This document shows positions 26,051 to 38,107 of a DNA stretch of 64,000 bases, piece by piece (the first letter of the stretch is position 1; each line of letters begins with the position of its first letter). The DNA lies in contig OX597823.1 in assembly GCA_951406725.2 (NCBI GenBank), positions 113,336,001-113,400,000 of the forward strand, in the 5' to 3' direction. Source of the stretch: Octopus vulgaris (taxonomy: Eukaryota). Made by a program: the position numbers and the translations under genes. The notes beneath the pieces were generated by a model. It made no database searches, had not been told where the DNA came from, and worked only from the letters and a program-made list of their open reading frames with translations.

Positions 26051-26051
<1 letters not shown>

Positions 26052-26279
26052 CCGGAGTAAATACATAAATGTGAAACAAGGTGAAAAGAAGAGTATTCAA
26101 ATACAGAGGTAGAGTAATAGGCTTTAGTTAAAAGCAGCGGAAATTTAACAAAAGCTGTTACTCGGAGTTTCTCGTTCCTGTTCGTCGGACAATTTTTTTT
26201 TAACAAAACTGTCCGACGGCCGGGAACGTAAAACTCCGAGTAACAGCTTTTGTTAAATTTCTGCTGCTTTTAAATAAAG
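26051..26279. mobile_element. (TA)n-flanked fold-back element (inverted arms 26122-26279) with an HHR-like motif in each arm
   Basis: Arms ttaaaagcagcggaaatttaacaaaagctgttactcggagttt..gtcggaca and tgtccgac..aaactccgagtaacagcttttgttaaatttctgctgcttttaa. Second copy at 29567-29710. Confidence 0.75.
26155..26192 (-). ncRNA. HHR-like motif with CCGACGA core
   Basis: uugu CCGACGA acaggaacga GAA ACUC c GAGU A acag. Mirror copy on + at 26209-26246 and a third copy near 29649-29682. Inferred consensus stem II acg-ggaa-cgu. Confidence 0.55.
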
Positions 26280-26798
26280 TATATATATATATATATATCA
26301 TATATATGAAGCTGTAAATTAGATGCATGTGTGTGTTTGTGTTTGCGTATATGAGTGTGCCTGCGTGTGTGCATATGTGTGTGTGTGTGTGTGCGCGTGT
26401 ACAACGTAAAGCTTTATAAAACAGATAGTTCCAAACAGTTATACTGTGATTCAATAATCCCGAATGAAACAGCGATTCATTTAATCACTGATGCAGCTCC
26501 GCCAACACAGAGCCCTTGCCATCATTCATGACTCGACAGACAGCAACTGTGCAACACAATTATATGTAATTCCATTACAGTATCACGTTACGTCGGGATA
26601 TTGAAATATGATGGAATTAATGATGGTTTCTAACATTAATAATAATTATTTCTAACATCTATGATGGAATTTATAATACATTAATAAGATGGGCAGTGAT
26701 CAATCCCGTAACCCCTTAGGTCATTAGACTGTGAATATCTTTAGAACATCCCCATGAAGCAAGTTGTGAAATAGTAAATACAACACAGTATCATATAC

Positions 26799-26954
<156 letters not shown>

Positions 26955-27099
26955 GATAGAAAGAGAGAATTTAGGAGAAAGAGAGATTTGTGTATGATGT
27001 GAGTGCTTTGCGTGCATGTGAGTGTGTATACATGTTTACGGCTGTGTGTGTGTGTGTGTGTGTGTGTGTGCATAATAAGCATACAATAAATACACGTAC

Positions 27100-28160
27100 A
27101 TACAACTACCAGATACGAATCCTACGGCAAGTCTTCGAGAAATCGTGAGAATATTGGCATGGCGTGTACACTTGTCTTGCGGACTTCAGAGTAGCATAAG
27201 ACCGCATGGTGCGTAACATACCGTGGAAGATTTTGCAGGGGATTGAAATGAGTGGGTAACATTTGTTTGGCATTAAGTCCTTATACGCATGCCAGATGTT
27301 CGTGTTCGTTTAAATGGTGCTAAGTTAAAACCTTCCAGGGTGGGTTTTGCACTTAAACAGAAGTGCGCATTGTTACCTATCGTTTTGATCGTTTTTTTAC
27401 GAACTAGATTGACATGCGCAGCCCTTGTAAAAGTGATATTACAATCGGAGGGTGTAGGATCGATCAGTTGATATCTGTAGACGACAAGAACTACTTGTAT
27501 AATCAGGATGTGATCTTCGCCATGCACAAAACGAATTCTCTGACGAGTGTTGGATGATAGTGAGAAAAGAGCTTCTCTCAAGAAAGTCTTCCCAGTAAAC
27601 TGAAAATGGTACGGAAGTATCACAGAGGCAAGTTGAAAAGATTAATTATCTGGAAAACGTATTTACGAATGATGCGAAGCAAGAGGCTGAATCGGCCGCT
27701 AGAATTGTAGGTGCTGGCACAGTAATGCCCCTGCCATAGCAAGCGGTACTCAGAACTAGAGATATTGGTAAAAGAACTGTATTTTCCGTATTTTCCATTG
27801 TTTCAGTTCTGTTTCCGTGCCAAACCCCGCATATAAACATGAATATTGTTTAATAGCAAAAAATGAAGGGTTGCAAATACACATGACAGAAATGGGGATC
27901 TTCTGAGGAATCTCTAGCGTAACGTTACTTGACAGACTGCATAGCTCAGTGATGAAGGTGTCTCTCCAGTTTGAGCCATTACTTCTCCGCAATATGAGGT
28001 CACTGTCATTACGCCGAATTCCGTAGGAAAGAATTGCAATTAGATTCTTCGAGCCAAATCAACCAGTAGGAGACCTAAGGATATAACCAGGGTCGAGATT
28101 TTTATGACAAAATATCCATAAGCCCAGTTGGTGACGCTTGAGAATCATGCTTCAAATTAT
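27100..28160 (+). pseudogene. Heavily degraded RTE-clade LINE reverse transcriptase
   Basis: Frameshifted translation: ILRQVFEKS*EY..VYTCLADFRVA*DR..WKILQ; VRVRLNG..GFALKQKCALLPI (GLRQGCxLSP); DRID..IGGCRIDQLISVDD (LLFADD); DLRHAQNEF; QVEK..YLENVFTNDAKQEAE..ARI. Confidence 0.8.
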
Positions 28161-28560
28161 TATAATGGTGTCTGATAATTCTACTACCACAATCCTACTT
28201 CTAATTCGGTGCAGAGAAGTTTTATGGAAAGATGTAGGTATATGTATGTATGAATGTATGTATATATGTGTGAATGTATGTAGGCATGCATGCATGTAAG
28301 TATATTAGCGATAGATACAGTATTAGTTTAGAATAGTATTCTGTGTATCACGCCTAACACAGATATACAGTAGAAACGCTGAATCCTGAGCTATTGAACT
28401 TGGTAATGTGTTTTGTGTACATGTATCGCGTCTAAAAGCACAGAAATATAGCAATAACAGACAAATGGCAGCGGTGTAGATAGTTATGTATATGTGCGTA
28501 TATATGTTATGTATGGGGACACACACACACATGCATATATATATATATATATATATATAT

Positions 28561-29090
28561 TGTTATATTACGCAATATTTTAACTATGGCAAAGCAATAG
28601 AACACTCCTGGTAAGTCACAAGTATTTACTCACAGAAATCAACTTTTATTTCTTTTCTTACAAGTGTTCAATGTGGCCCCATCTGCAGCCCAAGCAACAT
28701 CAATGCGATAAGAGAAATCCTCCCAGACGTGTAACAGCATGTCAAAAGCAACTTCGATATGGAACTGAAGAATACATTTGCTTTGCTTGAGGCGATTCCA
28801 GAAGATATTAACATAGAAGGGAAATGGAAAATCTTCAATAAAGCATTCAACGAAACAGCCAAAGAACTACTCAGTAGATCGTGATATGCTGATACGCGTC
28901 TGGGAGGAATTCTCTTATCACATTGATGTTGCCCGGGCTGAAGATGGTGGCCACATTGAACGCTTGTGAGACAGGAAATAAAATTTGATTGTGAATAAAT
29001 ACTTGTGACTTTGCCGGAACTTTCTATTGCTTTTCCTTACTAGAATATTGCGTAATGACATTGGTTTTTTCCCCTTTGAATGACCCTGCA
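28561..29090. mobile_element. Fold-back of a Tc1/mariner-superfamily (maT/DD37D-like) transposon 3' end around a ~145-bp RTE-like spacer
   Basis: Inverted arms ~28567-28741 and 28886-29056. The right arm encodes DRDMLIRVWEEFSYHIDVARAEDGGHIERL* and ends tttgaatgaccctgca (TIR-like). The spacer encodes NFDMELKNTFALLE..IEGKWKIFNKAFNETAKELL. Confidence 0.7.
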
Positions 29091-29102
29091 TATATATATA
29101 TA

Positions 29103-29335
29103 TAATAATTATTATTTGAGGGAATAAAATCCAAACTTAGAAGGAAAAAATTTAGAAATACTAAATCAAATTTCACACAATAAAATATATATATAAAAAA
29201 TTAGAAAAAAACACCTTTTATCAATTCAAAATGAACAATTAAATTACACCATCTAGAAAATTACATAAAATAGAAAAGTTAAAATTAAAATAACAATAAA
29301 ATGTAAAGATTAAGTAAATTGAAAAAATAATAATA
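29103..29335. mobile_element. (TA)n-associated dispersed repeat, second copy at 58262-58532
   Basis: Shares tgagggaata..tccaaactta, aatttagaaat.ctaaatcaaatttcaca, caccttttatcaattcaaaa, taaattacaccatctagaaaattacata. Confidence 0.75.
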
Positions 29336-29349
29336 TATATATATGTATA

Positions 29350-29545
29350 AAGGGAACGTTTACGAAAAAAAAAACAAAAGACGAAGGCAGTTGGTGTACA
29401 AAACAAACAGATGTATTAGTATAGCGCTCAGGAATAGAAAAAAGTATTTTATGTTTCAAGCCTACGCTCTTCTACAGGAAGGTACACAGAAAAAACAAGG
29501 AGAGAAACAAGGAGAGAAAAAAATGTGTGTAGTGGTTAATGATCT
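29350..29545 (-). mobile_element. 3' end of the PLE family at 57028-58227 (third copy), HHR at 29446-29482
   Basis: Reverse complement of 20400-20573; motif reads ccuuc CUGUAGA A gagcguaggcuu GAAAC AUA aaau (decayed). Confidence 0.8.
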
Positions 29546-29566
29546 ATCTATCTATATATATATATA

Positions 29567-29710
29567 CACCAAATTAAGCATATAGATGTGAAGAGGTTGG
29601 CAAAAAATAGTACTCGAATACCGGAGGTAGAGTAATATGCTTTCTAAACTGTCCAACGAATGGGAGCTTGAAACTCTGAGTAGTAAATTTGTTTTATATT
29701 TTTGTCATGT
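29567..29710. mobile_element. Second copy of the 26051-26279 family, again with an internal inversion
   Basis: agtactcgaataccggaggtagagtaatatgcttt followed by aaactgtccaacgaatgggagcttgaaactctgagta. Confidence 0.65.
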
Positions 29711-31139
29711 TTTTGTAAATAATAAAGTAGATAGGTAGATAGATATACATATATGCATACATATATACACAAATATATTTGTATTTGCGTGTGTGTATGC
29801 GTAAGCCAATTTTATATGACGAAATTTCCATCTCATTATATAATATCAATCGGAACAATTCCTGAGAATTCTTTTATTGAAATTAATAAATATTCATCAG
29901 GTCGGAACTGATAATATAATAGAATATAAAATAAACTCGAATAAATTATAATTTGGAATGCTATCGGAAAATATTTCAGAAATGTGGTTCCAGAAATGAG
30001 ATTCTAAATTAATGTTATCATCTTTAAACTATAACAGAAAACTGTTTAAAATAAACATGAAATCACATTAATGCCAGGATAGCTTTAGGAAACGGAATAT
30101 TGAAGATGAATTAGGAAATTTTATAAAATATGTGGCATTATCCGAATTATACATGTGGGAGATCCCTTTACTACATCTAACAGGGTGATCTAAGAGGTTG
30201 AGGCAATATGAGAACCATGATCACACAGCTGTCAATCGCATTTTATCAAAGCACCGTCTGAAATAAATGTGTTAACTCTATCAACAACAACAAGCAGCAA
30301 CAACAACGACAAGAACAACAACACCATCAGCAGCAGCAGCAGTCGTAGCAGCAACAGCTGCACAACAACATTTAATGGATTTATGGACGATATTGCCACA
30401 AGTTAAAACCTGTTAAATTAATAAAAAAAAAGATGCTACTTTACATCAATTAAAATAGAGATACCATTTTTCATCGAAACGCAAAATCCATTGAAACAGA
30501 TTTAAAAAGAGAGAACTGGTAATACTGTAAGCGGTTGTGTATAATTATTGATCAATGAAAGCTTTTGATATTTGGAGTTTTTGTAAAGACTTTTAAAATT
30601 AGGAATCTCAGTATTTCAGTAGCGTTGTATAATAAAGAGCAGTTCCATTAACTCAGCCTGCGTCTACGGTTCTTAATACTGGCTGAAAATAAATCAATTC
30701 ATTCTCGTTGCCAGTACACTTGAGAAAGCCATGACTGTCACAGAATCTCATTTTCTACTCGTATTTGATTTTCTTCTTACTTTGTGAAATGAAATTAAAA
30801 AATGGAGGTAATTGCTAAAACAACAAATCGTTTCACCTCCCCTTTTCATCCCTTAAAATTTCCGAGGTTCAAATTCATTTTTCATAATATCGAAGTTGAT
30901 AACATATCAATAAAATATTGGGGAAATGAAGATGCAGTTCTCATCTCTCGTCAATCGGGTTTCACATCACATTGGAAGTTAATGCACTGAGAAAGGCAAT
31001 AGGTAAGAAAATAGCTAATTTATAAATTTGAGGTACAAATCATCAAAAAATTTGAAGCTATGTGTTGAATAAAGATAAATAAAAGTTCGAAATCTGACAT
31101 ACACGATAGCGTGTAAGATGTTCTACTTAATTCATAACA

Positions 31140-31330
31140 TGGGGATGAATTGGCATAATGGTTAGAGAGTTCGATACAACACCTCGCAATATTTGTCATT
31201 GGCCCTTCACTCTGAGGTCAAATCTCGCTGAGGTCAACATTATCTTTCATTCTTTCGACATCAAAACAAAAGTACCAATAGAAGGCAGTAGATTGGCAAA
31301 ACTATTAAAGTTTCGGGACAAGAAGCCTTG
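31140..31330 (+). mobile_element. Degraded SINE (family of 42065-42830)
   Basis: tggcataatggttagag..ctctgaggtcaaatctcgctgaggtcaac..ctttcattctttcg..aaagtacca. Confidence 0.6.
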
Positions 31331-33699
31331 TGAATCTGTTTCCGCTGCTTGTATTTTGACAGCAATGCCTGCTACATCACTGGTACCAAGCTGTCTTAGT
31401 CTAACGCGACGAACTTTCTCGTGTAAAATATTGATGATATGAAGAGGAAAGGCATTCATGCATGTGCAACATAGTCTTATTTTTAACATATTCCCCTGGC
31501 CAGCTCGTATATATGCAAATGCATGCTCGAAAGTCACCGATGGACGCCCCCATTTACATTAGTAGCACTGTCAGGTACGACGATGCACTGTACTTATATA
31601 ACGATTCTTGATAGTACAAATTTTAATTGCAGCATACCACTTTTATGAACGTGAAAAGGAAAATCACACAATGTCACTCACCTTTCTTCATATGAAATGT
31701 AGCATTTCTGATTGCATAGGTAACTAGTACTGCAAATTTGATGTGAACAAAGGTTATTACACATCACTTCGCTTTGATAGTATGCAGCTCAAGGACATGT
31801 GTAACCTTACGATAAGCTACAACAAGAAGCCTGTATATTCAGTAAATTATATTTGACATTTCTTCATTAATTAATTTAACAAAATGTCATGTCCACAAAA
31901 AATATTGATAGCTCTGAGACATTCTGGAATCTTCTTAGGTTTGAATGACATATGAATGAAAACATTTGTATAGATGTTAGTACCGCACAGCAAGCCGCTT
32001 TATTTAGCATTTCTGACAGTTATGAAGTCTTTCAACAAATGTAGAGGAAGAGATCTTGGTTGTTAAATGTACGGAATGATGTCAGCGCTACTTCAAATAC
32101 CATCAGCAACTGCACAAAGGAGCCAGTGTCAACATGCTCATTATACTTGCAAGAGATAGGAACACAATCGCATTGCCGTTTAAAACAAAATGTACGCAAA
32201 GGACAAAATGAAATAGAAGTCCAAGGAACATGTCCATAAAAATTCAGATGGTTGTGGCAAAATTCTTATGAACATAAGGTTAATTGGTAATTGTTGAAAG
32301 GGGCCAAAACCAAAAACCAAAAATCGAGATTAACCACCAATAACTTTACCTTACATACTTCCAGGCATCTGCGTGATAGATTCTTCTATTGCATTCCTTG
32401 AGGGTGAAGTAGCAGGATAGAAATTAATATTTATTTGTTGGATAGATGACTGAGACTTTCTCCGCATGGACATTCACAGCAGTTTAGATCCCTTATTTTT
32501 ATATTTATCCTGAGTACTATAAAAGAAAGGAACATTAATAGAAACGCAGTATCTTTCTATTATAAATACAACTCATTTATGTTATGAAGTGACTACCTTC
32601 TGCTTTGGAGTAACCAAATTTAAATCCATGTCAAAGCTTTAAAAGCTTCACTTTATGCTGTGAAACATCAAATATTATTGCAAAATCTTAGAAATGTTTA
32701 GTTTTATTCCATTCAGAAAACTCCTGAGAAAACTCCTACATTATCTTTCGTATAGAATTAAAACTAAGTATCAAAAAATACGTTTAATGAGTCCACAGAA
32801 TTCATAATGTAATTGCAGCGGCTAAATTTAAACAAGAACTTTAAAAGAAGAACGTTTACACAAACACAGGTAGACATGCATACATCTGATAAGTATGTAT
32901 GTATATATATATTTAAACAACGGTTGTACAAAAATTAATCGAGCGATAATGTGCAATATCTCAAGAAAACAAACTAGGAAGCATCACAATCGGAACCAAA
33001 GACGCGTATTTGATAAATAGTATTGACTTTAATGGCGATATACACCTTGTCAGAAAGTATGATGGATGTCAGGCGGTTTTGGTCTGTAAGATATATAGAC
33101 GAGAGATAGTTGAAGAAACGTAATCTACTTTAAGACTATGGAGAATTGCCTAAAATGTAAAAAAATGTTTAGGTATAGAGACAAGAGAATAAAAGTATTT
33201 TAAGAGCAAGATATAGCTGATTATAACGAATTGTTGTTACAGTTGTTGACAAGAATTGAAGTTTAGTAGTAGGTACAGAAATGATCGTCCACAGGTATAT
33301 ATTTTCAGTTCTATGTAATGGCTTGATTAGACTGCATACCTAGCACAATCTATTTCATAGATTCGTAAACCATTTTACGAAGGTGTTTAACAATAAAACC
33401 TAAGCCTTATCGATTGCAGAAGTTTTTGTTGATTGATTTTGGTTTGGATCTTGAAAACATTGCTTGTGTATTTCAATGGGATTATGTTTTAGGAAATATA
33501 TTTCTTCATATACGCACATATCGTACACACACACACACACACTAATATAAATAGATAAATTTATTCATATGTGTGTGTGTGTGCTTGAATAGTTACGAGC
33601 GAAAAATTGTAATTCAGTCATCAGATAATTTATCATCTGTACTAAGCTGAGAGGGCCGCTTAATATCCTGATTGAAGTTGCAGGACAAGAGTTCGTGCT

Positions 33700-34584
33700 T
33701 CCTATGTTTGCCGTGGAGATGGAAAATCAGTGTGTCTTGGGTTAGGACTACTTGGCATCATTTCGATATTGATGGAGTTTGTAAGAGTTCAAAGTAACGC
33801 CATGCGGCTTGTGCAATGTCCCTGCAGCATTCAAGCGCCTCATAGATCGGGTACTGAAGAGGACCAAGGAGAATAAGCGCAGGAGCAAGACAGCCACTGT
33901 AAGAGAGAACTACGAGAGGAAGAAGCAAGCCCAAAATACAAATAAATAGAACGAAAAACTTGCGATGCCAGTGGGAATGGATCCAATTGGAGAAAAACAA
34001 TGCCCTCAGAAGCGGAAAGAAAAAAGAACCCTATAAACCCAAAGATTATTTCGTGTAAGTTTAACGAAGAGTTGTAAATGCTGTGTACTTTGGTCGGGTC
34101 GATAAAGACTTAGGGAGTGGGGAGTGTTACGAAAGAAAACACTTATATTCAGATAATTTATCGTTCCTACGACGCGAATTTGAATATCGCTCTCTGGGTT
34201 TGCAAACGAAGACGAAAAAAATAAATCTTTGTGGCGGAATGGTATCGTGAATTCGGAAGTAACGAACGTCCAATCGGAAAAAAAGGAGTGATAAAAATAG
34301 AGAATAAATCATTAGACTAGCGAATAAAAGAAGAGGTAAATGAAAGAACTCCCTACAATCTCTAAAGAACTGTTTAGTTATTCGATAAATGTTATTGGCC
34401 TCTTAATTAAAGTTCTTGTGCTTTGGTTATATTCAACGGTTTATTTATTTTCAACTCTTCTGAATCCTTTAACAACCGTTTCTTCCGCTCTAAGCAAGTT
34501 GGTTTTGTGGGTTTGCTTAGACGGTCTCTAGAGGCATCGGTAACAGACTGCAGGTGGTTTCGGGATTCCGCGTGCGACATAACA
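33700..34584 (+). mobile_element. Internally deleted Gypsy-like LTR retrotransposon: RT fragment, polypurine tract and 460-bp 3' LTR
   Basis: 33785-33859 encodes EFKVTPCGLCNVPAAFKRLIDRVLK (Gypsy RT FxVMPFGLxNAPATFQRLM). PPT agggagtggggag at 34112-34124. LTR TGTTACG...CATAACA at 34125-34584. Confidence 0.75.
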
Positions 34585-34589
34585 ATATA

Positions 34590-34663
<74 letters not shown>

Positions 34664-34664
<1 letters not shown>

Positions 34665-35130
34665 TGTTGTATTTCAGTATGGTCAGTTTTCTCTTTTGCC
34701 AAATTAACACACGCACTATGAATTCGTTTTTCACTCGTTTATTACTGTTCTTATTTTGACTTCTGTGCATTGTCCGGAAAACTTTCGTTACACATCTGTG
34801 ACCTTCTTCGGCGACACGTTTCGTCTTCGTGTGTGCTCTTATTCTGCTTGTTCCATTCTGTTCTTCTATCATAAAAGAATAGAATTGAACAGAATAGGCA
34901 AATTAATAATTATAATAATAAAGCTGAGCATGAGCACACACTAAGACGGAAGGTGTCACTGAAGAGGTCACAGACGTGTGACGAAAGATTTCTGGACAAT
35001 GGACATGTGTTAGACTACGAACAGTAAAAAATGAGTAAAAAATGAATACATAGTGCGTGTATTTATTTGGCAAACAAAAAAGAAAAGAAAACTACTATCC
35101 CAAATACAAATCTGTTTCAACACACGACTT
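34664..35130. mobile_element. Older fold-back PLE-type element related to 19590-20065, HHR in both arms
   Basis: Inverted arms (acacgcactatgaattc / gaatacatagtgcgtgt; cattgtccggaa / ttctggacaatg). Shares the tail tgtttcaacacacgacttcacat..aatcttgca with the 19590 and 53171 copies. Confidence 0.75.
34954..34998 (+). ncRNA. Minimal type-I hammerhead ribozyme motif with canonical CUGAAGA core
   Basis: uguca CUGAAGA G gucaca-gacg-ugugac GAA AG au UU C uggaca. A decayed mirror copy lies on - at 34771-34816. Confidence 0.72.
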
Positions 35131-35147
35131 CACATTTGAAATCTTGC

Positions 35148-35190
<43 letters not shown>

Positions 35191-36114
35191 TCATATATAC
35201 ATGCGTGTATATGTGTATGTCAATTTTTCAAAATAATCTCACAACGCATACACCACACACATGCAAAATATGTTTTATTGAAAAAAAAATACGTTTATTA
35301 TATCAATGGAGTATAGAATCCATTCACGTTTTGATTTAAAATCACAATAAAGTCGATTCGCTCTTTTCCATTTTGAGGTCAATAAAACACCACAGTCAAA
35401 TAATGAAGGCCACACTTTTTCAACATTCCTCCACACCCTGTAGCTCTCTGTCCATCTTAGAATTTATATGTCTCATTAAGGTTTGTTAGTAAAACTTCAG
35501 GGAATACTTAACTAATTCAATTTTTGATGCATGTACAATTTGAAGAAATCACTCAATTTATTTTTTCCTACGTGTGAATAGAAGCCGGCTGTTTTCCCGA
35601 TATTCGTTGCTAAATCATCTTCATTCCAATTTCTCAATTCCTCTTTTAATCTATTCCTTTCAATTTCGCTTCTTTCTCCTCACACCCCGCCATACACACA
35701 CGCCACTCTTGTCAATGTACTTCAGTCCACCCATTCAACTACCTTATTACTTGCTTTCTTGTGTCCAACACAAAAGCTTTCCAAACGAAGATAACGTTGT
35801 GATTGGTTATACAAGTCAAATGAGACATTCTTTATCGCATAACTTCTGACCTGTCGAGAACAAGTCTTTAATGAATAGGTGAGTAGGCAATTCATTCAAA
35901 CAGGATGTCTTCATAGACTTGAAACCGCCTGTCAACATTCGTATCAAATAGATCCATTCATTCACCCAGTAGTTTTAAACATCAGCAAACCTAAGAGACT
36001 ATTATTAGAATCCGTCTAAAGTAGGAGAAAGATTCCTCAAATTTCTTTGACAAATAATCGAATTAGCTACATTGCACATCTCTAATTATCCATGCATGTA
36101 AAGATCTTTCTCTT

Positions 36115-36159
<45 letters not shown>

Positions 36160-36307
36160 CTGTCTTCCTACCTCACGCTCTATGTAACTCATCTCACTAT
36201 CACTTTTTCAAAATAATATGCATATACGCGTCTCCCCCTCTCTCTCTCTCCTTCTCTGTATTTCCCTCTTTCTTTCTCTCTCTCTTTATGTGTGTGTGTG
36301 TGTGTGT

Positions 36308-37000
36308 TTATGTATGTATGTATGTATGTATGTATGACTGTATGTATGAATGTATGTATGTATGTATGTATGAATGTATGTATGTATGTATGTATGTATG
36401 TATGTATGTATGTATGTATGTATGTATGAATGTATGTATGTATGTATGTATGTATGAATGTATGTATGTATGTATGAATGTATGTATGTATGTATGAATG
36501 TATGTATGTATGTATGTATGTATGTATGTATGTATGTATGTATGAATGTATGAATGTATGTATGTATGTATGTATGAATGTATGTATGTATGTATGTATG
36601 TATGTATGAATGTATGAATGTATGTATGAATGTATGTATGTATGTGTATTATGTATGTATGTATGTATGTATGTATGTATGTATGTATGTATGTATGTAT
36701 GTATTATGCATGAATGTATGTATGTATGTATGTATGTATGTATGAATGTATGTATGAATGTATGTGTGTATGTATGTATGTATGAATGTATGAATGCATG
36801 TATGAATGTATGTATGTATGTATGCATGTATGTGTGTATGTATGTATGAATGTATGTGTGTATGTATGTATGTATGTATGTATGAATGTATGTATGAATG
36901 TATGTGTGTATGTATGTATGAATGCATGTATGAATGTATGTATGTATGTATGTATGTATGTATGTATGAATGTATGTATGAATGTATGTATGACTGTATG
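36308..37000. repeat. ~700-bp (TATG)n microsatellite with interspersed TGAA variants
   Basis: Directly visible. Confidence 0.97.
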
Positions 37001-37714
37001 CGTGCACACTGATACACAAATGCATATCTGCTTATCTTCTTGGCTGTCTGCATATCCTTTTCTATTTATCTATCTACCTATTATTCTATCAGTCTAATTA
37101 TCTATCGATATGTCTATCTATCTACATACGTCTATATATATATATCTTTCTCGCTTTAAATCAGCGGACGTTCTGGCCGTCCTTAACGCAAAACTTATAG
37201 CTAAAAAGCGATAAGTGATAACTACTGTTTGTAAAACCACAGGTACTTTCAACGCAAGTAAATTGGTTAGGAGACTGATGGCAGGGCGGTAGACCTTCGT
37301 TTGATGTTGGATATAGAAGGGCTTCTATGAAGATGCGTAATGTCGCTCTTAACTCAAACTTTTTTTTTATCAATTGATGGAAAGTATTACTTCAGTAAAC
37401 AAATGAAAGTTTGCGAACGGAACAGAGACGGCAAATTAGGGAATAAAACAAAAGGAATATTCAGTGTCAACTGTTAACAAGGACTGATATATTTTAATCT
37501 TAGCAGTTAGAAAGAGAGGAACATAATATACATACACACGCGCAGGTACACACACACACATACAAATACATATACACGCACCCATACATACACACACCAC
37601 TTACACAAGCATACGTTCACAACCAAACGCTCACTCTCTCTATCTGCCTGTTTCTCTCTCTCCCCCTCTCTTTCTATCTGTCTGTCTGTCTCTCACTCTC
37701 TCTCTCTCTATTTT

Positions 37715-37745
<31 letters not shown>

Positions 37746-37747
<2 letters not shown>

Positions 37748-38070
37748 AAAAAAGAGAGAAATATAACATGTGACTTCATTGACCGAGGTTACCGTGGTCT
37801 TTTCCGTAGGCTTTTCTTTCCACGGGTAAACCTCACCTGTCCTCCCCTTTACACTTCATATTGACATTTCTGTGATAACGATCCCTATTATTTCTTTTTT
37901 TTCTCTCCCCCATCTTTTTAACCCCTCCCTTTTTTTGTCATTTTTCTTTCCTTTTACGATCCCTTTTGATCGAAAACCACCTACTCTCTCTTTTTTTTAC
38001 CCCCAAAAGAAAAGCTCTACCTTGTAATTTGTTCTATCTGTGTGCAGCCCTGTGTGGCTAATAAAGAAAC
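37746..38070 (+). mobile_element. Probable 5'-truncated L1/Tx1-like 3' end inserted in (TATC)n
   Basis: Unique pyrimidine-rich segment ending gcagccctgtgtggctAATAAAgaaaca, with (TCTA)n immediately on both sides. No ORF, so the clade is inferred only. Confidence 0.4.
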
Positions 38071-38071
38071 A

Positions 38072-38107
<36 letters not shown>

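Noticed and set aside
27646-27992. Minus-strand peptides resembling helicase motifs (AGFGTET, VPAPTILAA), suggesting a Helitron Pif1
   Set aside because: The plus strand gives an ordered series of RTE RT motifs across the same interval, so the resemblance is coincidental.
31330-32300. Possible hAT transposase remnant on the minus strand (IVVPDSATNV)
   Set aside because: Single weak motif; no TIRs or further motifs could be confirmed by eye.
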